DNA from: Nemertoderma westbladi
Taxonomy: Eukaryota; Animalia; Xenacoelomorpha
Direction of reading: 5' to 3'
Length of the DNA: 38,756 nucleotides
Assembly (NCBI GenBank): GCA_032718475.1
Contig: JAUCBJ010002475.1
Coordinates: 1-38,756 of the forward strand
This document shows, piece by piece, positions 19,101-32,783 of the stretch; positions within the stretch are counted from its first letter, which is position 1, and every line of letters starts with the position of its first letter. The notes under the pieces were generated by a model. The model did no database searches and had not been told where the DNA came from. It worked only from the letters and a program-made list of their open reading frames with translations. The translations under genes were made by a program, and so were the position numbers.

Positions 19101-19878
19101 CTTGTCTTCTTTTAGAAGCCTCCTCAAAGGCCGATAAGATTAGCCTGATTCGTAGAATTCTTTCTCTAACTTGATAAAGCAGCTGTCCCTGCTCTTGAGG
19201 TCCTTGGGGTTGTTGAAACAGTTGTTCTTTTAATCGCTCCATAGAGCCGAAGAATCCCTGTACGTATCCTGCTGCTGACCTCTTCCACACAGCTGGATCG
19301 ATGGTTTCTTTTGTTACTCCCATCCTGTGTATGTCTTCCCAGGCAGCTTCCGATAAGTCAAACGGGAGTCCGGGTCCGGGGAAGTTCCATTGCGACTCGA
19401 CAATAGACTTCAGTTCTTCCCTTATGTATCCCGCATAACTATCCTTGGTCGATCGCTTACTTGTCGCCCAATCAATCTGGTGTTCTTCCACCACAATCAA
19501 TACCCTAGTGAGTACGGCTGCAGGAAGGATGAGAAGGGGATCTGAATAAACCGCATCCGTCATCTTTGTTCCGCGCTCGGGTGTCCGCTCTACAGTATCC
19601 TCACTACTGGAGCTGTCGGGCCGCTGAGAAATACGTTCTCGGCTCGAATGTTGCTGCCGTTCCGCTGCTTCGTGGTCCCGCTTAACCTGAGCTCGAGTGC
19701 CTATGATAGACCTACGGTGTTGGACTAGCCTAGGGTGTGATACTACTACTGGAGGGATGATCTTTCTTACAGTAGGAGGTGAGTTGAACTTCGGTCTCAC
19801 ACGTTCCACACTCCTGTCTGGGTCACAGATGGTTGTATCTAGGAGACTGTCTGACAGGTTTTGCTTTGTGTCAGACAT
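16164..19878 (-). pseudogene. gag: Gag of element C, split by a frameshift near 18500
   Basis: ORFs 19878-18457 and 18494-16164 together match B Gag. Knuckles 2 and 3 are mutated (CYNCLRQERQRQTC, FAKC). Confidence 0.9.
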
Positions 19879-20014
19879 GTTTGTTTGTACAGTTGAATGT
19901 CTACTGCTATATTACAGTTTAAGCAAGTCTAGTAATTCAGTATCACTGTTAGCCTAGTAATTAATTACCGATACTGCTACTCAGTGTAGCGTGATATATA
20001 TATAATATATTAGA

Positions 20015-20264
20015 ATACTGGTATGCTTATAGTATATATATAAGTATTATTACAGACTAGGTTTGTCACAGAATACCGGTATGTAATTTCAGCACAAATA
20101 TATAGCAATATATGATAAGCCTATCGTGAATACCGGTATGCAGCTTACGCTTATAGTATATATATAAGTATAATTTCAGACTAGAATTGATTACAGAATA
20201 CCGGTATGATTTCAGCCTAAATTTATAGAAATAAATATAATAAGCCTTTGGTAAATACCGGTAT
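20015..20264. repeat. Five ATACCGGTAT palindrome units in the leader of element C
   Basis: Copies at 20015 (ATACTGGTAT), 20073, 20130, 20198 and 20255. Confidence 0.88.
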
Positions 20265-21214
20265 GTCAATTATTTTAGAATAATTGAATTTCTGAAATTT
20301 TAGGGATTACTTGGTTACTTTGCTTTACTTGATTACCGTTATTTAAGCAGTAGTCCAACTGATATTTAGACCTAATTGTTGTATGACAGGACTACTATTT
20401 TATAAATCGGTTTGAGTTGATTTATAATATATATACCCCTATAATGGGTTTTGTCAATATTTGAAATAAATGTTATTATTTCTGGGGGGAGTCACTACAC
20501 AGAAGCTGTGCGCTCTCAGTGAGGTGCTACTTGTTGGACACTAAAACAAATAATTCTAATTTACCTAAGATACTTAATACTACAAATTACGTACAATTCG
20601 GGGTGAGATTACAATCTCTAAATAAACACAAAAATTACACGTACGAAATTTTAGGGTAATTTTACAAGAAGTCTACAAACCAGCCTAACAAAGGGTTAGA
20701 ATATCTGGTTATTACAACGAACAGGGTACTACGGTGTTTGAAAATAATAAGTAGTAGTAAATATACTGCGTTGTCCAGATAGGAAAATACCACCGTCTGA
20801 CGACTTATAGCCGTATCGCTATAAGTACTACGTTATGTATCACGGAGTGTTCCTACCTAGAAGTTAATTACCGCGGTCTACCAGAACCAACGTGCCTATT
20901 AACCACTTTACAACACAAATATACTGCCTATACACTAATTACCTTCGGAAAGCACTGTACACTAAACCCTAAATTAGGTACAAGTACTCATACAACCAAT
21001 AATCAGTAGTTAAAATACTTGAACAGCTAAAAGAACCACTGTATCTGCTGGAGTGACCGGGGCACAAAATCACCAGTCTTTACCTACGCCTAGCAGCCCT
21101 GATGTAGTACCGGGGTTAATTTAACTATAACGGTATATATAACAAGCACAATTACTGTAGGAATAAACTTGGGGATATGAATGTTGCGAATAATCGCATA
21201 AACTCTGAATAATA

Positions 21215-21790
21215 AATATTACGCTACGCGTACAGACTACTCAAACAAAATGCAGACCAATTGCTGACAGACTACTATCAAGCCCAAACAAACTACGGTA
21301 TATGCAGACTCCGAAATGGTTAGTTAGTATGCGTTCTAACCGAGTAGTACGGCTTATTCTTTCGAGGGGGTTTACCTCACAGCTCTGGAAGCCCCTACGT
21401 TCCCAACTGGCACTTTATCGGACATACACTCTACACACACCGCGATCTCTTCAAACCTAACAACAGCTAGACAACAATCCAGCCTACAAATTATCTAAAT
21501 AAGAAATATTACACTACCCGTACAAACTACACAAACAAAATACAGACCAAACGCTGGCAGACTACTATCAAGCCTAAATACACTACAGTATATGCAGACT
21601 CCGAAATGGTTAGTTAGTATGCGTTCTAACCGAGTAGTACGACTTATTCTTTCGAGGGGGTTTACCTCACAGCTCTGGAAGCCCCTACTTTCCTAACTAG
21701 TACTTTTTCGGACATACGCTCTACACACACTACAGTAACTTCAGACTTAACAACAGTCAGACAACAGTCCAGCCTACAAATTATCTGTAC
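21215..21790. repeat. ~290-bp tandem duplication in the leader of element C
   Basis: GACTCCGAAATGGTTAGTTAGTATGCGTTCTAACCGAGTAG occurs at ~21307 and ~21597. Confidence 0.88.
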
Positions 21791-22054
21791 AATCTGAGCA
21801 GGCTTACACGCCTTCTGCTCAATATTAACCTACAAATAAATAAAACCTGACAGAAACAAGTAAAATCTCAATAAAAAACCAGGGCAGCCGTCCCTGATTA
21901 ATTATTAAGGCCTACCGGTATATAATTATCAAATTCGAATAATACTGCTGTACCTGTACTGCTGTAGGTACCGGTCCGGGTGGTTAGGTAGTCAAGCCTA
22001 CTGGGTACCGGTTGGCCGGTACTTCAGCTTTATTGCCTACTGCAATACAGATGC

Positions 22055-22066
22055 TATATCTGTTAT
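22055..22066 (-). promoter_or_regulatory. Non-tRNA primer-binding site of element C (ATAACAGATATA)
   Basis: Follows the LTR end ...GCGTACA; exact reverse complement of LTR-internal TATATCTGTTAT (22811-22800 on -). Confidence 0.75.
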
Positions 22067-23247
22067 TGTACGCGCTTTCAGACATTTAGCAGTTTAACCT
22101 GCCAAATTGGGATGTCTTCGAGATAATAAATCGACTTTAGCCTATGACGAGTATTTGATACACTACATTAGCCGAAGCCAGTCTATGCGCGTCCATTCAC
22201 CCGTTGGATATACCCGGGAGACTGGATTCGGAAGCTTAATCTTATTGCGGTGTAGGCCTACTGTATTATTCGACTGATCGTAATATGTAATCTCTGACAA
22301 ATATTATTCACTTTCGGGAAATATTAACAGTTCCTTTAGGACGTGGCGCTCTAAATATGTAAACAGAGTTATGACTTAAACTAGACACAACGGGATGGCT
22401 ATAGATTCACGTATATGGCGCATTCTTTAGGATATGCTTTGTTATCAGTCACAATCATACACAATACTGCACAATGCTGATGCACACTGATCTGCCGACC
22501 TTCACTAATTTTAGTCACATATAAAGAGAACAACAGACAATACATGTAGTGCCCATGAAATAGCATTAGATTCACTTCAAACCACTTTAATGTAAGTCGC
22601 AATCGTTATATGTAACCGGTCTCTCTAACCTTCAGTATATCAAGAAGATTGGGGTGTCTGATTATTGATTGATATTCTCCAATATAATAATATTCCATCA
22701 ACAGATATAATGAATAACCGACAGTAAATAGCAGTACAAGTGTTAAGGTATAAATTGATATGATCGATTTGGTTTGTTTGATTGATATGAATTGTTAATA
22801 TAACAGATATACGTTCTATAATTAAGCCTACTAATGTTGGGCTAAAGACTGAAAAACACAGAGATTCCAAAAGCCGGTCTTCTAGGCTCAGGACAAAATG
22901 TAAACATTGACCCTGTGAGCTGTTGCAGATAGCTTTCAACACAAAGAGGAAAAGCTCTCATTGGCAGAGCTCCATATTCCACAGATTCCACGAATGTCTA
23001 AATGCCGAACTATTCGGGTTTTTGCAGCCCTTAGCCAACACACAGGATGAATCACTCTGCTTGGTTGACCTTGCTCTGGTTGGTTGATCGAACAGAACAA
23101 AGAGGCCATACGTACAGCAAATCAGCCAATCAGCCGGTAGCTTGCATCATTTGAGTTAGGGAGTTTTTCTTTAGAGTATTTGAGCGCATTGAGGGAAACT
23201 GGATTGCGAAGCAAAAGGGCCAGTTATATCCCACAAAAGCTTTTACA
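22067..23247 (-). mobile_element. 5' LTR of element C (~1181 bp)
   Basis: TGTAAAAGCTTTTGTGGG...GCGCGTACA (TGTA/TACA termini); homologous to LTRs A and B. Confidence 0.85.
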
Positions 23248-23261
23248 AGTTCTTTAATTGG

Positions 23262-23400
23262 CAATGTTACATTCGGGCTTAGTAATTTTGTATATCGAAT
23301 GTAACATATTTATAGGATCCAATGTAACATAATTGCGGTTACGTTCGATACGTAATAACTATGTTAGTATGTTACATTCGATCCTGATTACGTTCGGTCA
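23262..23400. repeat. Short GTTACATTCG / CGAATGTAAC direct and inverted repeat cluster flanking element C
   Basis: Several ATGTTACATTCG, TTACGTTCG and AATGTAACAT units; resembles a MITE remnant. Confidence 0.5.
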
Positions 23401-23785
23401 TGTATCCGTTCCGTGCATTGGCATATGTATGGATACGCCAGTACGCCGAGAAGTTTAACCCTTCATTTCTGACTAGCTGTCCTCTACAGTAGTCACACAG
23501 CACGACAGCGCAGCACAGTCGTCCTACTGTCCTACTCCAGTCTGCCAGTCAGCCAGTACTCTACTCCCAGACTCCTGCCTGCCTGTACGCCAGTCTGCCA
23601 TTTCCAATACCGTACTCCTGCTGCTGCTGTCAGGCTGTCCTGCCTGCCTGCTGCCTGCCTGCCCTGCTGTCTGCGAATCTGAATGCCTAAGACATTAGGC
23701 GGAGTAGGCCTATCACCTAAGACTGTGACTGTAAGACATGAAGGTGAAGACCTCAATTTTATAAAAATGCACAGGTGCAATTACA

Positions 23786-23934
23786 ATGGAACATTGCGAA
23801 GCGAATAACAATAACAACTGCGGAAGAGGAATGAATGCTGCCGGTGTAGCTGTGATCAACAAAGACACGGATCTGCCGACGAAGCTAAACGCATCAGAGT
23901 TAGATCTCTTGGCTAAATTGGATAATCAGAATAG
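23786..23934 (+). CDS. EVI5: EVI5-like TBC Rab-GAP, first visible coding exon
   Basis: MEHCEANNNNNCGRGMNAAGVAVINKDTDLPTKLNASELDLLAKLDNQN(R), resembling EVI5 LELLAKLEEQNR; phase-2 donor AG|GTTGGT joins in frame to 32351. Not in the ORF track. Confidence 0.75.
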
Positions 23935-26900
23935 GTTGGTTTAGGCATTGGGTGTCGGGTAGGTATTACTGTCTTCATCTTCAGGTATTGGGCCTTCCTG
24001 TCGGCGTATGGCAGTTGGGCAGTACTGCCTGACTCCAGTATGCTGGTATGGTATAGCTATAAATGTATAACTGCTGAACTGTATAATACTGTGTACTGGC
24101 TGGCTGGCAGTCCGGAGTTCCGGAGCGGTACGCATATTACCATGCGGGTACCGGTACGCTATGCGCGAAATTATAATGTCAAATGTATAAACTTGTTGTT
24201 CCACAACAACGTCATGAACAAACGGGGTTCATTCTTCATTGAAATATGTGTTTAACTTTAGCATCTACCGTAGAAATGGCGATATAATTAATTCGTTTTC
24301 AGCAGTTTTATTAGGCCTTTATTTATGCAGTTATGTATTTAGCCAGTTAGCAGGTTCGTGCTTCGTGGTAAGGAAAATAATAACACTACCTGCACCTGAC
24401 TACATCACTACTGCACTACGGTACCAGACCAGCAACCGGTAGGCCTAATAAAAACATGAAATCGAATTCAGGAATTGCAATGTTTTTTTCTGTGACCTGT
24501 CCTGTCCGTCTAGAATACTTACAAAAATCGCGCCACGCGGGTTCAGTTCAGGTTTATATGAGAAGCGCGCCATCACATCACACGCCCCATATCATTTCAC
24601 GCCAGGACCCTTAATTGGAGGACCCTTAAAAGGACCCACACTGGTCTAGGCATGTTGAGTAAAGTCGACCTAAATTCCACTACCGGTACAGTTACAGACT
24701 GACAGACAGACAGATAGTTCAATAATTTTAAATTTGTTATACCGGTACTGATATATATATAATGATATAACAGATATAACAGAAAGACAAGTTCCATTTC
24801 AGCGGTCAGTAATGGTTGACCGATGCGCCTGTAATTTGCCTCTCGTCAACAAGTCAACCCCACCGACTAGCGGTACTGGCTGTTTTTGCTGACGGGGCTC
24901 TGTCGAACAACGCGCTCCTGATAGCAGTAAAGGGGGTCTCTTTATTGAGAGGCATTATTATTATTGCCGCGGAACTGCCCCAACTCATCACCTCTCCCAC
25001 TCTTGCTCTCCGACGAAAATAACATAAAATCAACATACACCAACCCACTACCCTACCCCACACCGCGACACCCACCCACACCTACGATCTGAAAGATTGT
25101 ACCCAATACAAAAAAACAGGATAAGTTGAATCATACAAATAAAGCGGTAAGCTTGCAAGACGAATGCATGATTTACTGAGAATATCGGTCATAATCTCAC
25201 TTAATGGAATACTGTAGGCCTACATATTGTTCAAAACTTTTAACTAAATTAATTGCAATGCTCACCTATCATTTCGCCGAGTGTCAATACATACTCTTAC
25301 ATACTCATGCATGTTAAAAATTAAGGTAAATGGTACTGTACAAATCTGACAAATACTGGGATTGTAATTCAACTAGCATGATATAAACTAACGAACAATT
25401 GGCAATTAATATGGCTGATATTTACTTCTTTTTCATGTATATTTTTCAGAAATATTTCAATTGCATTAATTTACATATTTTCAGGCCCTTTCATCCCATT
25501 TTACCAAATTTTATATTTTCAGGGATTTTAATTTCCATGCGGTATAGGGTTCCGCAACTTTTAGTGGCAAAACTAGAGACATCTAACCCAGGTTAGGGTA
25601 TTCCTTAAATACCCCCTACGTAGGTGTTGGGCTGGGCTCCTATAATGGGTAAGATACAGCATAGCGCACTACCCAACTAACAAATTTCCAACTAAATCTT
25701 TCACTTGTTTTCTCTAAAACGCTCAAACTACCGTCCCAACTTCAGAAAAACAGATTAAAATTGGATTAGTTAGTAATAAATACTATTACTATTTAATAAA
25801 GGTTCTATACTTATAATGATAACGGACAATATCTCTCCTAAATACCCAACAAAACAATCCATCTAAACACTATTCCCCTCCCAATTAACAGATTACCACT
25901 ACATCTCACTATACCACATCAAAAATCAATGTCACATCACCACTGCCCTTTCATTACATTTATAATGATATCAACAACCCAAAGATACCCCATTTGCTAT
26001 AATCTTATTGATAAAGCGCGATTTTATCGATGGAGATAAAATTATACCCCTGTTATATTGAATATATACACCAAGCATCATCCTGAAAAGAACAAACCAA
26101 CAACAGCTATGGGAAATTTTTTTAAAACGAATAAACATGTCAACTGTTGATTTATGACTCCAGCTAATGGACTATAATAAACAAACTCCAAGTGACTCTC
26201 GAATTACAGACCTTCCAACCACCACGCAATGCTCCCATTCCTACACCATTAATGAAACACTCATAACCGACCTTAGGATTAGCCTCCCCTCCATTCCCCA
26301 CACGGCGGGCAGCATTATTAGTCCTTCAGAATAAAAAATAAAATGTGGTAAAATTTTACAATTCCGTCTCCCAGCCAGACTACAAATCGCAGACAAGTCT
26401 ACGCTTGACAAGACTACATTTGTAGTCTTGTACACCTTCCAAGACTACATTGTAACCTTGGATACTTGCTTATTTCCCACAATATGATATCTTGGAATGT
26501 CACATGGTAGCATGGCCCAAAAAAGACAACAGATGAATGACACGAGCATCATCAAGTTTATATTATTATAATTCATCATTTTCATTAATTAAAATTTATT
26601 ATGATCCTCAGATAATGTGAACGGTGTTAATACTGTAGTAATGGACTACAAGTTAAAAATTAATCGTCTTTAATTAAGGTACAGAGTATTTCATCTTTAA
26701 ACCTTACTTTACGTACCTAACTGTTCATTCAATATACTACTATTGATTAGCCTAAATCGAACAATTACCACTAACGGAACTCTACAGATTACGTCTACAT
26801 TTATATAAAATTGATTAACAATCAAACTAAGTCACATGATTTCGATATTAGGCCGTCAACCGCAGGACAATTTATAGTGTAAACAAACATAGGCTCTTTT

Positions 26901-26938
26901 TATATACTGTTTGGTATAACAGTGGGCATACACCTCTG

Positions 26939-27619
26939 TCCTCAGCAAGTCTCTGATCGGATGAGCATAACCTCAAAAGATGGTATGCTTGAGCATGTGG
27001 ACGACTTCTGTTACCTGGGATCATGGATCCGGAAGTCAGGTGAGGACCTTCGAATACGTAAGGGAAAGGCATGGGCAGCCTTGAATAGGCTTTCCGGGAT
27101 TTGGAAGTCACCGAGAATTAATCGGAAACTTAAGGTCCGATTATTTAGAGCAGCAGTAGTTCCAGTACTCCTCTACGGGAGTCCATGCTTGGCTCTAACT
27201 GCTGAGGACACCAAATCTCTGGATGGCACATTCACAAGAATGCTACGCCGGGTTCATTGTGTCAAGTACAATGCACACATCTCCAACCAGACGCTATAAC
27301 ATTGGAGGTGTCTCATTGGTTCCCCCAAGCTTGACACTAGAACAAAATCGCCTCCGCTTTGCAGGACATTGCTTTCGCCGTGAGGACCAACCAGTGCATA
27401 ATCTTGTACTTTGGCAGCCTCATGGAGTGAATAAGCATGGTGGACAGCCCATGACTTTCTTGAGACGCATCTTAAAGGACACTGGCCTTGAAGATGCGGA
27501 TGATCTAGCAAATGTCATGGGTGATAGGGAGTTGTGGCGGTGCAATTTTGTCGATAAGCCGGCACAGCATTCTTAAAAATGCAGCTGCAATGCAGCATGC
27601 CGATCCTAGTAGTAGTAGT
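26939..27619 (+). mobile_element. 5'-truncated RTE/RTEX-type LINE, copy 1
   Basis: FCYLGSW and RLRFAGHCFR motifs; (TAG)n tail; 11-bp TSD ATACACCTCTG at 26928-26938 and 27620-27630; near-identical to 35089-35770. Confidence 0.9.
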
Positions 27620-27985
27620 ATACACCTCTGCAGCAATGTTTGAATAAGTTATAATACTCAAAACTTTCGCCCATCATTATGCCTGTAATTTCGCCCCATA
27701 TAAATTTGTTGGATGGGCAATTGCCCTCCTTGCCCCCTTGTCCCGTACGCCTATGGGACTATTAATTGTTGACAAGTTACGCATTTCATATGTAACTTAT
27801 TTGTGTCAAGAAGATATGTATACTTGTCCACCAATTTACAGTATTCACGAGGTCATTGTTACAAGACTACTATATTTAGGGACAAACCACACAATATTTG
27901 ACAAGTCTACTTTGACAAGACTACTTTTTTTATAATAGTCTTGGAAACAATAGCTATTGTAGCCAAACTACAGTTCATTAAAAAT

Positions 27986-28741
27986 TAGGGTTAAAAAAAC
28001 ACAAGGGTTGTTTTAAACACATGTTTCGAAACACTTGTTTTTTTTGTTTTTTTAAAGATAAAAAGCAATGTTTTTTTGAACAAAGACTGCATAAACAATA
28101 TGAGCTATAAATGCATGGTATACCTATAATTCACACCACCACTCCCATATACTGTATATGTAGTAGTACAGTAATAGGCCGAAGCTTTCAGTTGAGCGGG
28201 TGAACTGAACAGCCGCCAGCTCCTCATGCACTCCAAGGCGTGGAACCGGCTCTTCGCTCATCGTGTAAACCAGTTGATGTTGATTGTATTCAATCGCTTC
28301 CTGGAGTCAACTGCAGCTGCTAAGGCGAGGGAAAGGGAGGCTGTGGCCTACTGCAGCACTGCTTCTGAGGGGCCAAGAACATGTGTCGGTGGTTCCTGAA
28401 CAGTCCGAGGACTGTGTTAAGATTGACGAGGGGGAGTGACTGTTACTGGACTGATTGTGAGTATGTTTCTGTGCAGTTTGATGTTACTGTCAGTACGGTA
28501 GTGTGAATGTTGCTGTTGGTGTCAGGGTAGGTCATTGTACAATAAATTGTATAATAAAATATTAAATATTGTATAACATTTATTTAATAGGCCTACTGTA
28601 GACCTTAAAAATACGAGATACTAATATTGAAGCAACAGCTTAAAAAAAACATAAAAAACAATAAAAACCTAATAAAAAAAAAACAAAAAAAAAACGTTTT
28701 AAATAAATTGGTTTTGAAAATCGTGTTTTTTTAGAACTCTA
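27986..28741 (+). mobile_element. Non-autonomous hAT DNA transposon with a transposase C-terminal remnant
   Basis: Imperfect TIRs TAGGGTTAAAAAAACAC / GTGTTTTTTTAGAACTCTA; 8-bp TSD TTAAAAAT/TTATAAAT; remnant ASVERVN...LMHSKAWNRLFAHRVNQLMLIVFN at ~28184-28300, resembling the hAT dimerisation domain. Confidence 0.7.
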
Positions 28742-31700
28742 TTATAAATATGACACTTAATGCATATGAAGACTAACTCAATTATAGGTAGTCTTGGAAG
28801 CATAACATTGGATTTTCAAGGATCTAGTCTATGTATTTTTTTATATGCTTGAATTTTGATTTCCAAGGAACAGCTTGTCTCAATATTTCGCGTAGTTGTA
28901 ATAAACTTTAACCCAATTTCATACCACTAATAGTTAATAGATATTAAATATATTTTAGATGGTTCCACCGAAAAGAACATAAAATTTTAGTATAGAAAAA
29001 TTATATGAAATATAATACTGAAATTTCAAGATATATTTTTTTATGCAAAGAAGATGTTACAGAGGATTCTCGACACATAGAATTTCCTTACACTTTATAC
29101 TTGGGTTTCCTGTCGCGATAAAATCGATGGAAATGTACTGCAAGTAGTTTTACTGAACTGCAAATTATATGACGATCACATAGGTATGTAATATATTTGC
29201 TAAACTTGTTTTTAATTCTTCATTTTCGATCTATTATGACGCCAAAACAACACAAATTTTCTACGTCTACGTTTTTATGTAATTTGGAATTTACATTCTC
29301 ATGTTGTGTTTAATTAAATTTGTGCTACTATTTTACAATTTATATATGTTAAAGAGCAAGAAATTAGCTTTCAACGATACTTTAATGACAGAAATCCGTT
29401 CAGCGGTTCAAATTATATGTTCAAGACTCAAGACTGCCAAAGTGCCAAAAAGCACAATATCGCAGTATGCACAGGCTGGTCTTAACTCCGAAAGGGATAC
29501 ATCAAGAAGATGCGAACCTACAACACCTGTCACCGGCGATCACTGAGCCATACACATTTATAGGAAAAATATAAGGGAGCAAACGTTTTCCACAAGTGTT
29601 GCACGACCACGCAGGGCAAATTGCCCTCACCTCCGCCCTGACAAAATTTTTTAACTTCATTAAAATATATCCCCAACTGTTAAAGAGAATCGCTGTGAAA
29701 AATTTAGGAACAATCACACAGCAATACTACAGGCAATGGTGTAGGCTGGGGAAAAACGTAACTTAACTGGTAATTAGAGACAAGGGGGTGAAAAGATTAT
29801 GGTACCTATCGTATGGACGATATCTTCCGTATGTGACTATCCTGTAGGCGTGAATCGAAGTTTGGTCACCATTACACTTTATATACCGTATCTTTGTTCA
29901 CACTCCTACATATATTTTATATATTTCAGTACGAGTTGCACTTAATCAATCAATATTATTAGTAATTTACCAATTTGTATACAACTCTAACTTATTCCCA
30001 ATCCTAAATAATCTGTATTTGGTATATTCATTTTTTGCTTTGATCCTCTCTGAATACGGCAATCAACGTACAACACTAACCCCACCCCGGGCCCGGCCAA
30101 TACATTATATGTATGTAATCACCATTTACTACATAAAGTTCTTTGATTTCTGAATCCTTTAATAAAAATGTCCTATTCTAGGTAATGCAACAAAATCGTC
30201 CGTTCCAATTAATCCATTAATATTATAGGTAGAGGATGTGTGTTTTAATTTTAGTATGTGATACTAGCAGTGGGACATTCTTATCTATGTTTGACCACTT
30301 CCATCAGCTCTGAACAAAGTCTGTAGTTTTATATAACTAACTAAATGGTATTATAACATTGGCGTGTTAATTGTCCGTTTAGTAGTCCTCTGTTCTACCT
30401 ACTTATTTATTACAGTGTAGGTTTGTAATTATTGTGGAATTATAAAGGCAGAAGATCTTTTTAAAGTGAAATTCTATTGTGATATAGTTTGTAGTCTTAG
30501 TTAAAAAATTTACTCATTATTTACCATATTATTTTATTACCATATTAATATTACCATATATTATTTACCATTTTTACCATATTTATAAACAACTGTCTCA
30601 AACGTTACTATGAGTACGTATACTATTCATAATATTCTATATAACCATATTCACCTTTTCTAGACATCCATTTACCACGGCATCATACATAGTATAGAGT
30701 CAACCTAGGAAGAATAAAACAGTTTTGGACGCAAGTTGAGTCTTTACTGGTCAGGTTTTAGTTCACTAATTAATTGTTGTCGCTATAATTACCGGGTCAT
30801 TTTATATTGATTTTGCCTTGTTGTACACGCTGCTTGTTATTGATTCGATTTATGTAAATTTACAACACAATTCTCAAACACCGTTTATACTAATAAAATG
30901 AAGATAATAATGATGAATATAATAGATATAATGTAATATATTTCATTATAATTATTGCTCAGCTGATATCGGCAACCAGTCCTTCGATACTATTGCGTGC
31001 GTCGCGTCCTCAGCCTTATTCGAGAATTTCTATCATTAGCCGATGACCATTATTTTCCAATCCACAACATTAATACTGTATATTATTGAGGGAAATAGGC
31101 CATTGTTATTCCTTGTTGTATATTTTTTTATGTTAATTTTTGGAATTGTACGCTGTGCTTTTAGCTGTGCTCTTGTGCTTTTAGCTGTGCTCTGTGCTTG
31201 TAGACAGATTATAGTTTGGTTTGGTTATAATTTTTTTTATAGGCTTTTACATTCCTGTTTTATGAATAATATATTTATGGACGTATTGCTTCAACTTGAT
31301 ATAATTTGTATATTATCCAGTGTGGTAGGCCTATACCTGTATATACTAGCATAATTATTGATAATTTGTTTTTTTTTGTTAATTATGTTTAACCATATAT
31401 AATACCGGTTCCTAAATAATATTATCGGTTTATCATTTTAGGCTAATACTTGGCGACTGTAAATCTCCCATGCAATTGCGCAGACTAAAAGGACAGAGAT
31501 CGCCTAATACTATTTCCTCAAATTCAAGGTATACCTATAAAGTAATTCCAGACGTACTGCGGTACGCCGGAATTCGAGCCACTCTTTATGTATCTGATTA
31601 AATGTTTAGTTTAGTGACTAATGTAGGACACGTCTCATTAAAATATATAAATATTTAATTAATAACCTACGTTTTGGTCTTACGTCTGAGAACTATGGGA

Positions 31701-32078
31701 TCTTAAATTCATCCCTACCAGATGGTCACGCCAATGGAATTTTCAATAAACCAATGGGTTTCAAAAAAAATACAAAATATTATTTTTAACCACGACAATG
31801 ACTTCCCTTAATATTATTTTATTTGTAACCTAACCAATTGGCTTCCCTTAATACTATTTTTTATTTTTAACCTAAAAATACCCCAGATGTAAAACTTTCA
31901 TGTTGCTTGTGTAATAAAAAGCATGGACCTTGTGTTAGTTGATAGTTTCGTAGATTCATTTTCATTATATCCAGAGCTGTTGGTTAGTACATCTTAATTA
32001 ATAATATAAGTAAAGTTCAGTAGACGTTCTCTAGGTGCAAGATATGGGGTGGGTTGCCAGAGACACCAACACTAACTT

Positions 32079-32130
32079 GGGCTCGAACTCACGACCTCCC
32101 GCTTGGAACACCAACGTTCTCACCATCTCG
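32079..32130 (-). mobile_element. tRNA-like SINE head remnant
   Basis: The - strand reads CGAGATGGTGAGAACG...GGTCGTGAGTTCGAGCCC (Pol III A- and B-box-like); no full cloverleaf. Confidence 0.4.
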
Positions 32131-32350
32131 TAAACTTGTACCGAATTATTCATAAGCCCTTCAGACTAACGTGCGTGTAAAAATGTGTTGTTTCAATCTA
32201 TTCCAAACGCAGTTTAATTCTAAACTTTTTATTTTTACAAAATAGGCAGCCTTTACAAAATTGTAGTTAAGTTACAAATATTTTATTGGTATTATTATTA
32301 ATTAATAGTATTAATATTATTAGTAAATGGTTGTTTATTTTAAATTGTAG

Positions 32351-32594
32351 GTTAATTGAATCTGATATCCGGTCTGTGAAGTCCTTTAACGGATTGGGCG
32401 CCTTCACGGGGTCTCTAAGCAGACAGGGTTCCAGTAGCAGTCTCCATAGCCAATCGTCTGTGTCTTCCTGGTATAGTTACCCGATAGGGGGCTGTGATAT
32501 GGAAGATGACGGCTCCTTACTCGACGCCTGGGGCAAAGTATTCGTGGACTTCGAAAACAATGCAAAGAAGAAACATTTTTTGGGCTACATAAGG
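32351..32594 (+). CDS. EVI5: EVI5-like exon 2
   Basis: TTGTAG| acceptor and |GTAAGT donor; LIESDIRSVKSFNG...SSSSL...DAWGKVFVDFE...YIR. Confidence 0.85.
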
Positions 32595-32783
32595 GTAAGT
32601 TATGATAGCGGGGAGGAGGGGGTAGGACTTAATGTGAAGTCAATTTCAAGTTGTTAATAAAGCATGTACCGGTACGTGATTTGTTTTGTGACACCCTGTA
32701 TGAAGCATGAAGGTGAACTAGTATCCAGATTGTTATCCAATCTTGTGACGTTTTGTCTATTTATTTATTGATCTTCCCATTAG

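Larger units (their letters stand above)
14635..23247 (-). mobile_element. BEL/Pao LTR retrotransposon C, 5' part (LTR, leader, gag, protease, partial RT)
   Basis: Collinear with element B from LTR to protease and continues into RT. Confidence 0.9.

Noticed and set aside
23455-23465. piggyBac-like TTAACCCT terminus
   Set aside because: No convincing partner TIR; the AGGGTTAA at 27987 belongs to the hAT element.
24816-25081. GC-richer patch with short ORFs on both strands
   Set aside because: No recognisable protein similarity or clear splice sites; could be an alternative promoter or exon but is unsupported.
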